A stretch of DNA of 32,910 nucleotides, from the IMG/VR virus record IMGVR_UViG_3300029821_000021, positions 1 to 32,910 of that record. The stretch is one strand, 5' to 3'. This DNA comes from a virus. The notes beneath the pieces were generated by a model, which saw only the letters and a list, made by a program, of their open reading frames with translations, had not been told where the DNA came from and ran no database searches. The translations under genes and the position numbers were made by a program. Shown piece after piece: positions 17,118 through 24,645 of the stretch. Each line of letters opens with the position of its first letter. Position 1 is the stretch's first letter.

Positions 17118-17435
17118 CTATAGTGAGCCATCAGACCGGGGGGCGTTTTCTCTTTTGATAAGATTACCGTCCTCATCGAACAAAACATCGTCTCTCATGA
17201 ATGCTGAACCGTAATGCACGAAGTTATGACAGTCCAAGCATAAGAGCGTTAGATTGTCTTCATTGAGCGTTACATCAGGATCACCAACATTCTTATCTGT
17301 AACATGTTTGATGTGATGAACGTAATTGCCAGCATTGCCACATCGTTGACAAACACCATGATACTTAATACGAATATATTTTCGTAGTCGCTTCCATGCG
17401 ACTGTATCATAGAATTCTTGTCTAGAGTTAAACAT
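17118..17435 (-). CDS. HNH endonuclease (terminase-associated)
   Basis: The start is revised to ATG 17435 (SD AAGGAG, 7-nt spacer), giving 105 aa. Motifs are CQRCG...VHHIKH...NLTLLCLDCHNFVH. Confidence 0.85.
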   Translation of the reverse strand: MFNSRQEFYDTVAWKRLRKYIRIKYHGVCQRCGNAGNYVHHIKHVTDKNVGDPDVTLNEDNLTLLCLDCHNFVHYGSAFMRDDVLFDEDGNLIKRENAPRSDGSL

Positions 17436-17573
17436 TGCAACGCTCCTTATATATAGAATAGATAGCCTCGCAGCTATTAATAGCTTTACAGCAATGATAT
17501 GGCAGATCATTGCTGCTGGAAAAAGGAAGTATGTCAAGCAACCAAAAGATATCATTGCCTAATTCAAGTATAT
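17436..17573 (-). promoter_or_regulatory. Dyad-rich non-coding region upstream of the packaging genes (candidate late promoter or activator target)
   Basis: It contains a perfect 14-bp palindrome AGCTATTAATAGCT (17472..17485) and a GCAATGAT-N7-ATCATTGC hairpin (17491..17513). A third ATCATTGC lies at 17551..17558 and a minus-strand TTGACA at 17532..17537. Confidence 0.4.
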
Positions 17574-17614
17574 AAAAAAAGTAGATAACTTATGGTATCC
17601 AAAAAGTTACCTAC
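17574..17614 (-). terminator. Rho-independent terminator after the late-regulator gene
   Basis: The minus strand forms GTAGGTAAC-16 nt-GTTATCTAC (9 bp including one G.U) followed by T7. It begins 7 nt after the stop of CDS 17621..18037. Confidence 0.55.
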
Positions 17615-17620
17615 CCTTAT

Positions 17621-18037
17621 TTATATATTTATTTCTTTTGCTATCCTAGACTTAACCTTCTTAACGTATGGCTCACTTAAGTTAATGTTTTCTGCTATTT
17701 GTGATATCGTCATATCTGTACCATACGCTAATATGAATATTCGCATCTCTGTAAATGTTCTTAAGTGCTTAGCGATATTGACCATATGATCTTCCATGAG
17801 TCTTAGGTTATCGGTTGTTACATTAATAGCGTTTTGCAGCTGATCTATTAGTTCATCAAGATTATCAATATTATCTTCTCTGAACAAAAGAATTCTCGCA
17901 ATTTCATTATCAGATATATATTCCAGGTTATCAAATGTTTTCTTTCTACTTTGGAGAATTGTTAGTCGTTCTTTGAGCACTTTTATTTCGATTCCAGTCT
18001 TAATATACTCGTTACGGAAATCGACTCTTGAAGCCAT
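17621..18037 (-). CDS. Putative late-gene transcriptional regulator with a sigma-70 region-4-like HTH (ArpU/RinA-position)
   Basis: 138 aa. The C terminus LRTFTEMRIFILAYGTDMTISQIAENINLSEPYVKKVKSRIAKEI resembles region 4. The gene lies immediately upstream of the HNH/terminase block. Confidence 0.45.
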   Translation of the reverse strand: MASRVDFRNEYIKTGIEIKVLKERLTILQSRKKTFDNLEYISDNEIARILLFREDNIDNLDELIDQLQNAINVTTDNLRLMEDHMVNIAKHLRTFTEMRIFILAYGTDMTISQIAENINLSEPYVKKVKSRIAKEINI

Positions 18038-18171
18038 ATAATCACTTCCTTTTTTGAGTCTTTTTGTGCGTAAAATAACCTTATATTATAATTCACTACC
18101 TAAATACCTTTTAAAGCGCTATATAGTGCATATTAAGAATGCTTTTTTTAAAATGGATACTTTTCCATTTT

Positions 18172-18564
18172 TTAACACTCTTTTTTTAAGTGATAATTGA
18201 TTAAATCTTCTTCAATAAAACTGTCATTGAGCCATACTATTTTGCTGTTTTTGATGTAGTAATGCTCCCTATAATACCCACCATCAGTTTTTATGCTTAG
18301 ATCAATGGTTATTTCACCATTATTCATACTATAATTCCACTTTGTTACATTGTTTTCTGTGCTATTTTGATGATGAATATGAATAATTCTTGAAGGAGAG
18401 CTTGGCTGACTAATATATATGAGTTCTGGAGTAACAATTATTAGGTGCTCATTGCTGTATAATCTATCAATATATGATGAAATATCCTCGTTTTTGATAA
18501 GAATTACCTCATATTTTGATATGATTTGCTTCAAAAATACCGTTTTTTTTAGTGATTTTTCCAT
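18172..18564 (-). CDS. Hypothetical protein
   Basis: 130-aa ORF tightly coupled to the upstream gene. Confidence 0.7.
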   Translation of the reverse strand: MEKSLKKTVFLKQIISKYEVILIKNEDISSYIDRLYSNEHLIIVTPELIYISQPSSPSRIIHIHHQNSTENNVTKWNYSMNNGEITIDLSIKTDGGYYREHYYIKNSKIVWLNDSFIEEDLINYHLKKEC

Positions 18565-18565
18565 G

Positions 18566-19228
18566 TTATTCTACTCTAACAGGCAATACAATAATACGAA
18601 ATGTCCAATTTGATTCAAATGATAATAGGATAGATTTGCATGCATTATTTGTGTGATAAATCTTTCCTTTTGCACCTTTTAAGTGTTTAATAATAAAATC
18701 AAAATTATCACGATCAAAGTATATAAAACCATCAACACCATTAATAATTACAGGCAATGTTGGTCTCAATTCGGATTCTTTATAACGGTATTGAAATTCC
18801 TGATACCATTCTTTTTTTACAACTATTTCGGTATCAATACCATCGAATAGTCTTCTTGTCACTGGATAAGTTCCTGGTAAAGCAGTAACTGAATATTCGG
18901 GAGCAGTTGCGCTTTCTTTAAAAGAAACTCTATCATTATCGGTATCTATTGAAAAAATACCGCCTGCTTTTTTCATAACCTTTACAACTAGATCAAAAAT
19001 CGCTGCAGGATATGATTTTGCAATGTATACGATTGATTTATCTTCAATTTCGCCTAAAGTTGCTTCAACTAACTTGTATGAATCAGTAGCAATTATAAAA
19101 ACTTTGCCTTCGTTAATTTCAACCGCAAATCCGGTTAAAATTGGTCTGTTTTGAAGCTTACTTACAAAGTTTTTAATAAACTTCAAATCATCTATAAAAT
19201 TAAAATGTAACTTAATCTCATATTTCAT
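18566..19228 (-). CDS. DnaN (beta sliding clamp)-like protein, two-domain truncated form
   Basis: 220 aa. NRPILTGFAVEINEGKVFIIATDSYKLVE resembles the clamp motif TRPILTG...ATDSHRLA. LPGTYPVTRRLF...TEIVVKKEWYQEF resembles LDGNYPD...IP...TEIIVNTKEFLQAI. The C-terminal IIVLPVRVE resembles LILPVRTY. Confidence 0.55.
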   Translation of the reverse strand: MKYEIKLHFNFIDDLKFIKNFVSKLQNRPILTGFAVEINEGKVFIIATDSYKLVEATLGEIEDKSIVYIAKSYPAAIFDLVVKVMKKAGGIFSIDTDNDRVSFKESATAPEYSVTALPGTYPVTRRLFDGIDTEIVVKKEWYQEFQYRYKESELRPTLPVIINGVDGFIYFDRDNFDFIIKHLKGAKGKIYHTNNACKSILLSFESNWTFRIIVLPVRVE

Positions 19229-19329
19229 GACTTCTTCCTTCTTCCTTTATTTTATTTTGTTTCTACCATTTAGTACTTTGTAATACAAACTAGGGCTGAT
19301 TACCCACAATATTGAATAAAACCAGGATC

Positions 19330-19899
19330 TCATGATGACTTTTTCTCTTTAAATAGTTTTAAAGCGGTTAAAACATCATCGTATATGATTTGCTTCGCCA
19401 TTAAAGAGCATCTTTCAGAATATGAATTGGTTTCAATTGAGGATTTAACAACTTCCTTAATCATATCTTCAATTACTTTAATAGCCTCATCGATGGTTGG
19501 TTTAGTCGCAAGGCTCTCATAGTATTGTAAATGACCTCTTGCTAAACTTATAACTTCCATATAATCTTGTTCTAATTGATTATCTGGCGTTCCTTTGCTG
19601 TTTTCAAATTCTAATATAAATTCACTCGTAGGCTTATCTTTAACGGTTGCTATCTTAATCATCTCTTTCGCTCTTTGTTTAATTGATGTAGGCTTGTCTT
19701 CATCTAATGCAAAACAATTAGTTACTTCATCAAGTCTGAAAACATGCTTCTTTTTAGCATTATTTTCATCTAAGTAAACAATATGAACTTGATTAAACTT
19801 TTTTGAATCTTCATCATAATCCATGAATGATGTTGTAACTTGTACTACATTCTTGAATTCAAATGTTTTAAAACCTTTTGTCATTACGGTTGCTTTCAC
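19330..19899 (-). CDS. Hypothetical protein
   Basis: 189-aa ORF. Confidence 0.7.
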   Translation of the reverse strand: MKATVMTKGFKTFEFKNVVQVTTSFMDYDEDSKKFNQVHIVYLDENNAKKKHVFRLDEVTNCFALDEDKPTSIKQRAKEMIKIATVKDKPTSEFILEFENSKGTPDNQLEQDYMEVISLARGHLQYYESLATKPTIDEAIKVIEDMIKEVVKSSIETNSYSERCSLMAKQIIYDDVLTALKLFKEKKSS

Positions 19900-19940
19900 T
19901 CTAATTTGCTCCTTTTTTTATATTTTTGTATGAAATAAAT

Positions 19941-20396
19941 TTATTTGAGTATTTTCAGATCATAATTGCTTTCAATAAATTTAATGCATAATTGTCGATT
20001 AACATTGTTTCCAAGATGACAATAAATTTCATATATATCATTCTTGCTAAAGTTTGTATCAAGAAATTTATTAATTCCATCTAAATACCATTTTTGAGTT
20101 GTTTCATCGCCCTCTTTAAGAGCCGGTCTTGATAGCCATTCAAGAACCTTGCATTGAAGAATTTCATCTCCTTCATATCTAAAAGATTGCATGTGAGTCT
20201 TTTTATCAAACTTAGTGAATTTTTTTGGTGCTTGATCTGGATAGTCATATTCTAAAGAGTCTTCATAACTAATTTTGTTATAATCAAAAACTCTCTCTTT
20301 ATAGTTAATTTCAAATATAAATTCACTAAATTTATTAAAATATACCATTCCTTTATTACTAAAACTATTCATGAGTTTTAACATCAAGTTTTCCAT
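19941..20396 (-). CDS. Hypothetical protein
   Basis: The start is revised to ATG 20396 (SD AAAGGAG, 7-nt spacer), which removes the overlap with the upstream gene. 151 aa. Confidence 0.7.
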   Translation of the reverse strand: MENLMLKLMNSFSNKGMVYFNKFSEFIFEINYKERVFDYNKISYEDSLEYDYPDQAPKKFTKFDKKTHMQSFRYEGDEILQCKVLEWLSRPALKEGDETTQKWYLDGINKFLDTNFSKNDIYEIYCHLGNNVNRQLCIKFIESNYDLKILK

Positions 20397-20418
20397 AAAC
20401 TGCTCCTTTTTCCATATT

Positions 20419-20934
20419 TTATATTTTATTTTTGTAGTAAATTTTCCTACCAAATTTCTTTAACACTGAGGTTTTTACCGTTCCACTAAGATAGTCAAGC
20501 AACGTTTGATAACTACAGTACAAATGCTTAGCTGCAGTTCTAATGGATCTATACTCAATTGGTTCTTGTCGATACTCTTTAACAATTACGGCTTTCGATC
20601 TTGATTTATATCCGGTCCGTTTACCATGCTGCGTTTGAGTATATAAGTACAAATTATTAACATTGCAATTGAATTTATTGCCATCTTTATATCCAACTCT
20701 AAGTTGTGAGTTAAATCCTCGAATAAAGTTTCTTGCGATTAACCTGGATAAGCGAGTCTCTTTTCCATTAATCTTTATCGTAGCATGACCATCTTTATTG
20801 AACGGATGAATAATGATTTTTTTATTAATGCTCTTAAAAACGCTGGTTACTGAACCATCTGAACTAACATACCAAATCTTTAGTTTTGATTCTGCAACCT
20901 TAAGAGCATATACTTCTTGATTATTTTGAAACAT
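20419..20934 (-). CDS. HNH_3/NUMOD-type homing-endonuclease-like protein with substituted catalytic residues
   Basis: 171 aa. LSRLIARNFI...VGYKDGNKFNCNVNNLYLYT aligns to the consensus HRLVAEAFI...VNHIDGNKLNN..NLEW.T, with the His replaced by Tyr. The C-terminal IEYRSIRTAAKHLYCSYQTLLDYL is a NUMOD1/IENR1-like HTH. Confidence 0.5.
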   Translation of the reverse strand: MFQNNQEVYALKVAESKLKIWYVSSDGSVTSVFKSINKKIIIHPFNKDGHATIKINGKETRLSRLIARNFIRGFNSQLRVGYKDGNKFNCNVNNLYLYTQTQHGKRTGYKSRSKAVIVKEYRQEPIEYRSIRTAAKHLYCSYQTLLDYLSGTVKTSVLKKFGRKIYYKNKI

Positions 20935-21442
20935 TTACATCATCCCAATTATCGATGATTACATTAAATCCAGAAGCTTGAAGTGCATCGGTTGATTGTG
21001 CAAAATGATTTGCATAGAAGGTATGAGTCGATAGATAATAAAAACCATCAAGCGAATCATCTGACTTTGATTGAATGTTTCCGCTGTAATCACCCAAATT
21101 CAATACATGTGTTTCGCTTTCTCTATGTATTTTTCTAAATTCATCCCAGTCATGAATTAATACAGCATCCGGATATTGCTTTTTAAGATCTTCAACAGTT
21201 CGATTTTTTTTGACTGCTTCAAGCTTTTTTTTACTAGGTTTTATTTTAGAGATTACCGCAGAACGACAAATTTGATTAAATTCACGTTCGGTTCGAATAA
21301 ATGTTTTTTGATCAACCTTAACAAATCTTTGTGAATACGGAATAAAAGGGCTTGTATCCTTAGCTCTTACTGATTTTTGTTGAAGGTAATACCCGGGACC
21401 TTGCCAACCATCAGATGGAAGTAAAACATCAAGTTGACTCAT
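20921..21442 (-). CDS. Hypothetical protein
   Basis: 173-aa ORF. Confidence 0.7.
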   Translation of the reverse strand: MSQLDVLLPSDGWQGPGYYLQQKSVRAKDTSPFIPYSQRFVKVDQKTFIRTEREFNQICRSAVISKIKPSKKKLEAVKKNRTVEDLKKQYPDAVLIHDWDEFRKIHRESETHVLNLGDYSGNIQSKSDDSLDGFYYLSTHTFYANHFAQSTDALQASGFNVIIDNWDDVNVSK

Positions 21443-21717
21443 TTCTTTAATCCTCCTGGTTTCGGTCTTTTTTTTCTTGGCTTTGGTTTTGGTTTTGTAC
21501 TATTAAATTTGTTTTGATGCCAGATCTTAATTCGTTGATTGTAAGGCTTCTTCTCTAGCATCTCAAATTTCGTGTCTAGATACGTTTCTTCGATTCCGGT
21601 AATAAGACTAATCTTTTTAATTAATCGCTGCTTACGCATCCATTTGATGGTGTAAAACGAGAATATGATTAATAAGATTAAAATTGATGCAAAAATGATG
21701 ATAGCTTCTTTATACAT
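21439..21717 (-). CDS. Small membrane protein with a basic KPKPKPRKKRPKP tail
   Basis: 92 aa with N-terminal TM segment AIIIFASILILLIIFSFYTI. ATGA-type overlaps with its neighbours. Confidence 0.65.
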   Translation of the reverse strand: MYKEAIIIFASILILLIIFSFYTIKWMRKQRLIKKISLITGIEETYLDTKFEMLEKKPYNQRIKIWHQNKFNSTKPKPKPRKKRPKPGGLKK

Positions 21718-22426
21718 TATGAATCAACTCCTTTGGAAACTCTCTTAGCATATAATTTTCACTCATTACTGGGAGCATGCTTTCTTTCATAAATATTGGC
21801 CCAGGAACCGGCATTCTTGTTTTTGCATAATAGACAATGTGCCCTATCCAAAAATCTTTAGGAATAATCTTCTCTTTCCGATTACCTGTTTCGGCCCCAA
21901 TTATGATCCAATCAATTGCGGTAAAGTAGTCAAGAAAATCAATGTTGATTTTTTCAAAAATCGGTTCAAACGAGATGAATCTTTTGCACTTTAAAGACCA
22001 AAGTCGATATAGTTCATATATTCTAGCTTTCATATCATCGTTGTTTGTAACGGTAATTCCAAGCCATACATTAGGTCGATCAATCAACATGAGAGTGGCC
22101 TTATCAAGTCTTCTGGATATAACTTCAATTCTTTTAGTAAGAAATAAATAGTTATGCTGTGGATTTTTTTCAATCGCTTGTGCAATTTCAATAATCCATT
22201 CTTCTTTCCAATCAGCGATGTCGCTCATGGAGTTCATAAAGATGTTTTTTGGCTGTTTTGAGTTTAATTGTTCAAGCCTTTCTGGAAAAAATTTAGGTTG
22301 ATTCCAGTCAGAAATCCATTTAAACCGAGAATTTAGTTTATTAGCATAGCAGTAGGAGCAGCCAAAGCTGCAACCTACTACTGGATTTAATGTTGAATCA
22401 CACCATTCAATTTTTGTTTTATTCAT
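21710..22426 (-). CDS. Phage Gp37/Gp68 family protein (DUF5131) with a CX3CX2C motif
   Basis: The start is revised to ATG 22426 (SD AAGGAGAG). The N terminus MNKTKIEWCDSTLNPVVGCSFGCSYCYA is the family signature. Confidence 0.75.
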   Translation of the reverse strand: MNKTKIEWCDSTLNPVVGCSFGCSYCYANKLNSRFKWISDWNQPKFFPERLEQLNSKQPKNIFMNSMSDIADWKEEWIIEIAQAIEKNPQHNYLFLTKRIEVISRRLDKATLMLIDRPNVWLGITVTNNDDMKARIYELYRLWSLKCKRFISFEPIFEKINIDFLDYFTAIDWIIIGAETGNRKEKIIPKDFWIGHIVYYAKTRMPVPGPIFMKESMLPVMSENYMLREFPKELIHNV

Positions 22427-22787
22427 GGTATCTCTCCTTGTAGAAACTACCAACTAGCTCAAATAGATGTGGTGGCAAATTTTCACTAGATTGAATCAAT
22501 ATTTTGCCTCTATGAAGTTCTGGTTTTATATAGCAATAATGTCCAAAATTAAAACTCTTTTCTTTAGAATTGTATTTACATTCCATGTTAAAGTAATCCT
22601 GAATTTCTTCAATAACTTCTTTTGGTTTGATTTTATGATTATTCAACAACTCGTGCTCTTTCTTGGCGGTTTCAAGTGCGGATTCTATATGAAAATATTG
22701 AGGAATAGTTTTTAAACAAAATCCATATTCTTTTAAGACAAATTGATTTATAAATTCTAAATCTTGTTTCGCTTCATCGTAGTTCAT
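22419..22787 (-). CDS. Hypothetical protein, paralog-like to 22784..23161
   Basis: 122 aa. It shares the MNYDEA start and the ETAKKEHELL block with the neighbouring gene. Confidence 0.7.
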   Translation of the reverse strand: MNYDEAKQDLEFINQFVLKEYGFCLKTIPQYFHIESALETAKKEHELLNNHKIKPKEVIEEIQDYFNMECKYNSKEKSFNFGHYCYIKPELHRGKILIQSSENLPPHLFELVGSFYKERYHE

Positions 22788-23161
22788 TTCAACTCACTCT
22801 CCAATTCGGTGATTTTTTTAAATGTTTCAAGAGCATTTAAAGATTCCGTATCTACGTAAAGATATTCAAAATCAACAGGCAAATTATCGACATCAGAAGT
22901 ATCATGTTCGAAAGTCAAACCTAAATCTTTTGCTAACTCTTGATACAACCCCAGCAACTCATGCTCTTTCTTTGCGGTTTCTTTTAACTCTTTTTCTTTA
23001 CGTTGCAATTCGAAGGAAGATTTCCGCCAACTATTTCTTTCATTCATTAAATAGCGCCAATTTTCTTCTCGCTGTTTGATATCATTTTCAAGACTCGCAA
23101 TAATTTCTTCTACTGTATAGTTTCCAGAAATTAGTTTCTTTATCGCTTCATCGTAGTTCAT
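22784..23161 (-). CDS. Hypothetical coiled-coil protein, paralog-like to 22419..22787
   Basis: 125 aa with the same shared blocks. Confidence 0.7.
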   Translation of the reverse strand: MNYDEAIKKLISGNYTVEEIIASLENDIKQREENWRYLMNERNSWRKSSFELQRKEKELKETAKKEHELLGLYQELAKDLGLTFEHDTSDVDNLPVDFEYLYVDTESLNALETFKKITELESELK

Positions 23162-23295
23162 TCTTTCACCTCTTTAACATCAGATTTCAATTCAGTAATC
23201 ACGCACTCACCACCACAATAAGTGCATGGAGTAGTTGATTTTGTATCTGCTGTATATTGAAGTTTTCCGCATTCTTTACATCGATATTCGGTCAT
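23158..23295 (-). CDS. Small zinc-ribbon protein (45 aa), absent from the ORF track
   Basis: ATG 23295 is preceded by the SD AGAGGA. The translation is MTEYRCKECGKLQYTADTKSTTPCTYCGGECVITELKSDVKEVKE, with two CxxC pairs. Its TGA stop overlaps the next ATG (ATGA). Confidence 0.6.
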   Translation of the reverse strand: MTEYRCKECGKLQYTADTKSTTPCTYCGGECVITELKSDVKEVKE

Positions 23296-23306
23296 ATAAT
23301 CATCCT

Positions 23307-24044
23307 CTAAAGTTTCTTTCCACCATGTTTATATGGACGTGTTTTGTTATATTCCATTTTTTCTTTGATTGCTGCTTCAAGATTGATACCGTAGTATCCG
23401 CAGATATCAAATACTCTAATGACAACATCAGCTAATTCTGATGGAATACCTTCTGGCTTTGATGCTTCAGGAACTGGATAAGGACTTTTAATAATAAGCG
23501 TACCAGCTTCGGTATCATGGCTTCCAGAATAATATGTCAGTTTTGGATCAATATGATTTCGATGTTCTTCTAATGCTTCGGATAACTCAGTGTGAATAAG
23601 CGCAATTAATTCACCAAATGATTTAGGTTCTTCCCACCATCCATGATCAACTGCATTTTTATGAGCTTCTTCAATTAATCGAGCAATATCAGATATTTCG
23701 TATTCTTCACAATCATAGCAATATGAATATTCGCCATTAAATGGACAATTATCACTATTTTGATTTCTGCATTTTGAACAGTCACGTTTTTTCATTTTTG
23801 ACAAACATTCTTTACAAAAGAACGAATCTCCATCATTCAAACTTTCACCGCAATCTTCACAAACTAGTTTTCCACAAGTTTCACATTTGTAGATATCGTA
23901 GTCTTTTCCATTATGGTCACATAATTCGCATACAGCACATTGGCTGCATAGATCATCTTCTACCCAGTAACATCCTCCAGGACAAGCATGGTTTTGAGTA
24001 CATCCACAAATTCTACATTTTCTTTCATTGTGTTGTTCAAACAT
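23307..24044 (-). CDS. Cys-rich N-terminal domain fused to a MazG-like all-alpha NTP pyrophosphohydrolase
   Basis: The start is revised to ATG 24044 (SD AAGGGGG), replacing the TTG at 24071. The C-terminal half HGWWEE...LIALIHTELSEALEEHRN...PSELADVVIRVFDICGYYGINLEAAIKEKMEYNKTRPYKHGGKK is MazG/MazZ-like. The N-terminal ~120 aa carry about nine closely spaced Cys pairs, mostly CxxC. Confidence 0.6.
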   Translation of the reverse strand: MFEQHNERKCRICGCTQNHACPGGCYWVEDDLCSQCAVCELCDHNGKDYDIYKCETCGKLVCEDCGESLNDGDSFFCKECLSKMKKRDCSKCRNQNSDNCPFNGEYSYCYDCEEYEISDIARLIEEAHKNAVDHGWWEEPKSFGELIALIHTELSEALEEHRNHIDPKLTYYSGSHDTEAGTLIIKSPYPVPEASKPEGIPSELADVVIRVFDICGYYGINLEAAIKEKMEYNKTRPYKHGGKKL

Positions 24045-24045
24045 T

Positions 24046-24381
24046 TTATTTTGCCCCCTTACAGGATTCAATTAATTCCGATTTTAATTTATCAATTTTA
24101 TCCCATACTTTATCTGGTAATACAGCTTCAGAACTAAATGCTGGAGCTAATTCAAATAGATCATTAACTTTCTTCTTTAAAACTTTTAGTTCTTCAGTTG
24201 TCTTTTCACTAGATTCAATTGTCTCTGATACAGAACCAATAAACGATTCTACAACTTGAATTTTTTGACTCAATTGCTGATTTGATAAAACACCCATTTT
24301 TACTACAGGACTACCTACAATAACTTTTAAAGCTTGTTTAACTTCTTCGATTGAAACTGATTTTATTTGATTTTTTGGCAT
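24046..24381 (-). CDS. Hypothetical protein
   Basis: 111 aa with SD AGGAGG. Confidence 0.75.
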   Translation of the reverse strand: MPKNQIKSVSIEEVKQALKVIVGSPVVKMGVLSNQQLSQKIQVVESFIGSVSETIESSEKTTEELKVLKKKVNDLFELAPAFSSEAVLPDKVWDKIDKLKSELIESCKGAK

Positions 24382-24403
24382 CGTTGTGCCTCCTTTTTTT
24401 TAT

Positions 24404-24640
24404 TTAAAATCCAATCCAATTCTTTTTAATAAACGGACACCATTTTGGTACTTTTTTTCTTGGAATATTATTAAATTTGTCATGGCGTTCTCCTCGAGTA
24501 ATAATTGTAAATGATGCTGTATGAGCTACTTGACTTGGATTTTCCGGATGAAGGCAGTACCATCTGCTTGGGCTACCATTACCTTCATCAAATGAACAGT
24601 GATCACATGCTAGACATTCAGGCTCATTATTGTTTGTCAT
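24404..24640 (-). CDS. Small Cys-rich hypothetical protein
   Basis: 78 aa containing CLACDHC, a further Cys in YCLHP and a C-terminal WCPF. Confidence 0.65.
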   Translation of the reverse strand: MTNNNEPECLACDHCSFDEGNGSPSRWYCLHPENPSQVAHTASFTIITRGERHDKFNNIPRKKVPKWCPFIKKNWIGF

Positions 24641-24645
24641 AATAA

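Noticed and set aside
17436-17555. A 40-aa N-terminal extension of the HNH ORF (track start 17555)
   Set aside because: The extension is hydrophobic nonsense-like and overlaps palindromes. ATG 17435 has a strong AAGGAG SD and yields a canonical HNH protein of about 105 aa.
18150-18171. Hairpin AAAATGGA-TACTTT-TCCATTTT as a terminator between the 130-aa gene and the late regulator
   Set aside because: A T-run follows the stem only on the plus strand, where nothing is transcribed. On the coding minus strand it is followed by an A-run.
19277-19289. TTTGTA-A-TACAAA dyad in the 19229..19329 intergenic gap as a regulatory site
   Set aside because: The arms are only 6 bp and purely A/T. Such a match is expected by chance in this AT-rich sequence.
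23741-24259. The 172-aa plus-strand ORF, and all other plus-strand ORFs in the track between 750 and 30171
   Set aside because: All lie antisense inside well-supported, tightly coupled minus-strand genes. They have low-complexity, Phe/Ser/Ile-rich translations typical of shadow frames in AT-rich DNA and lack convincing SD sequences.
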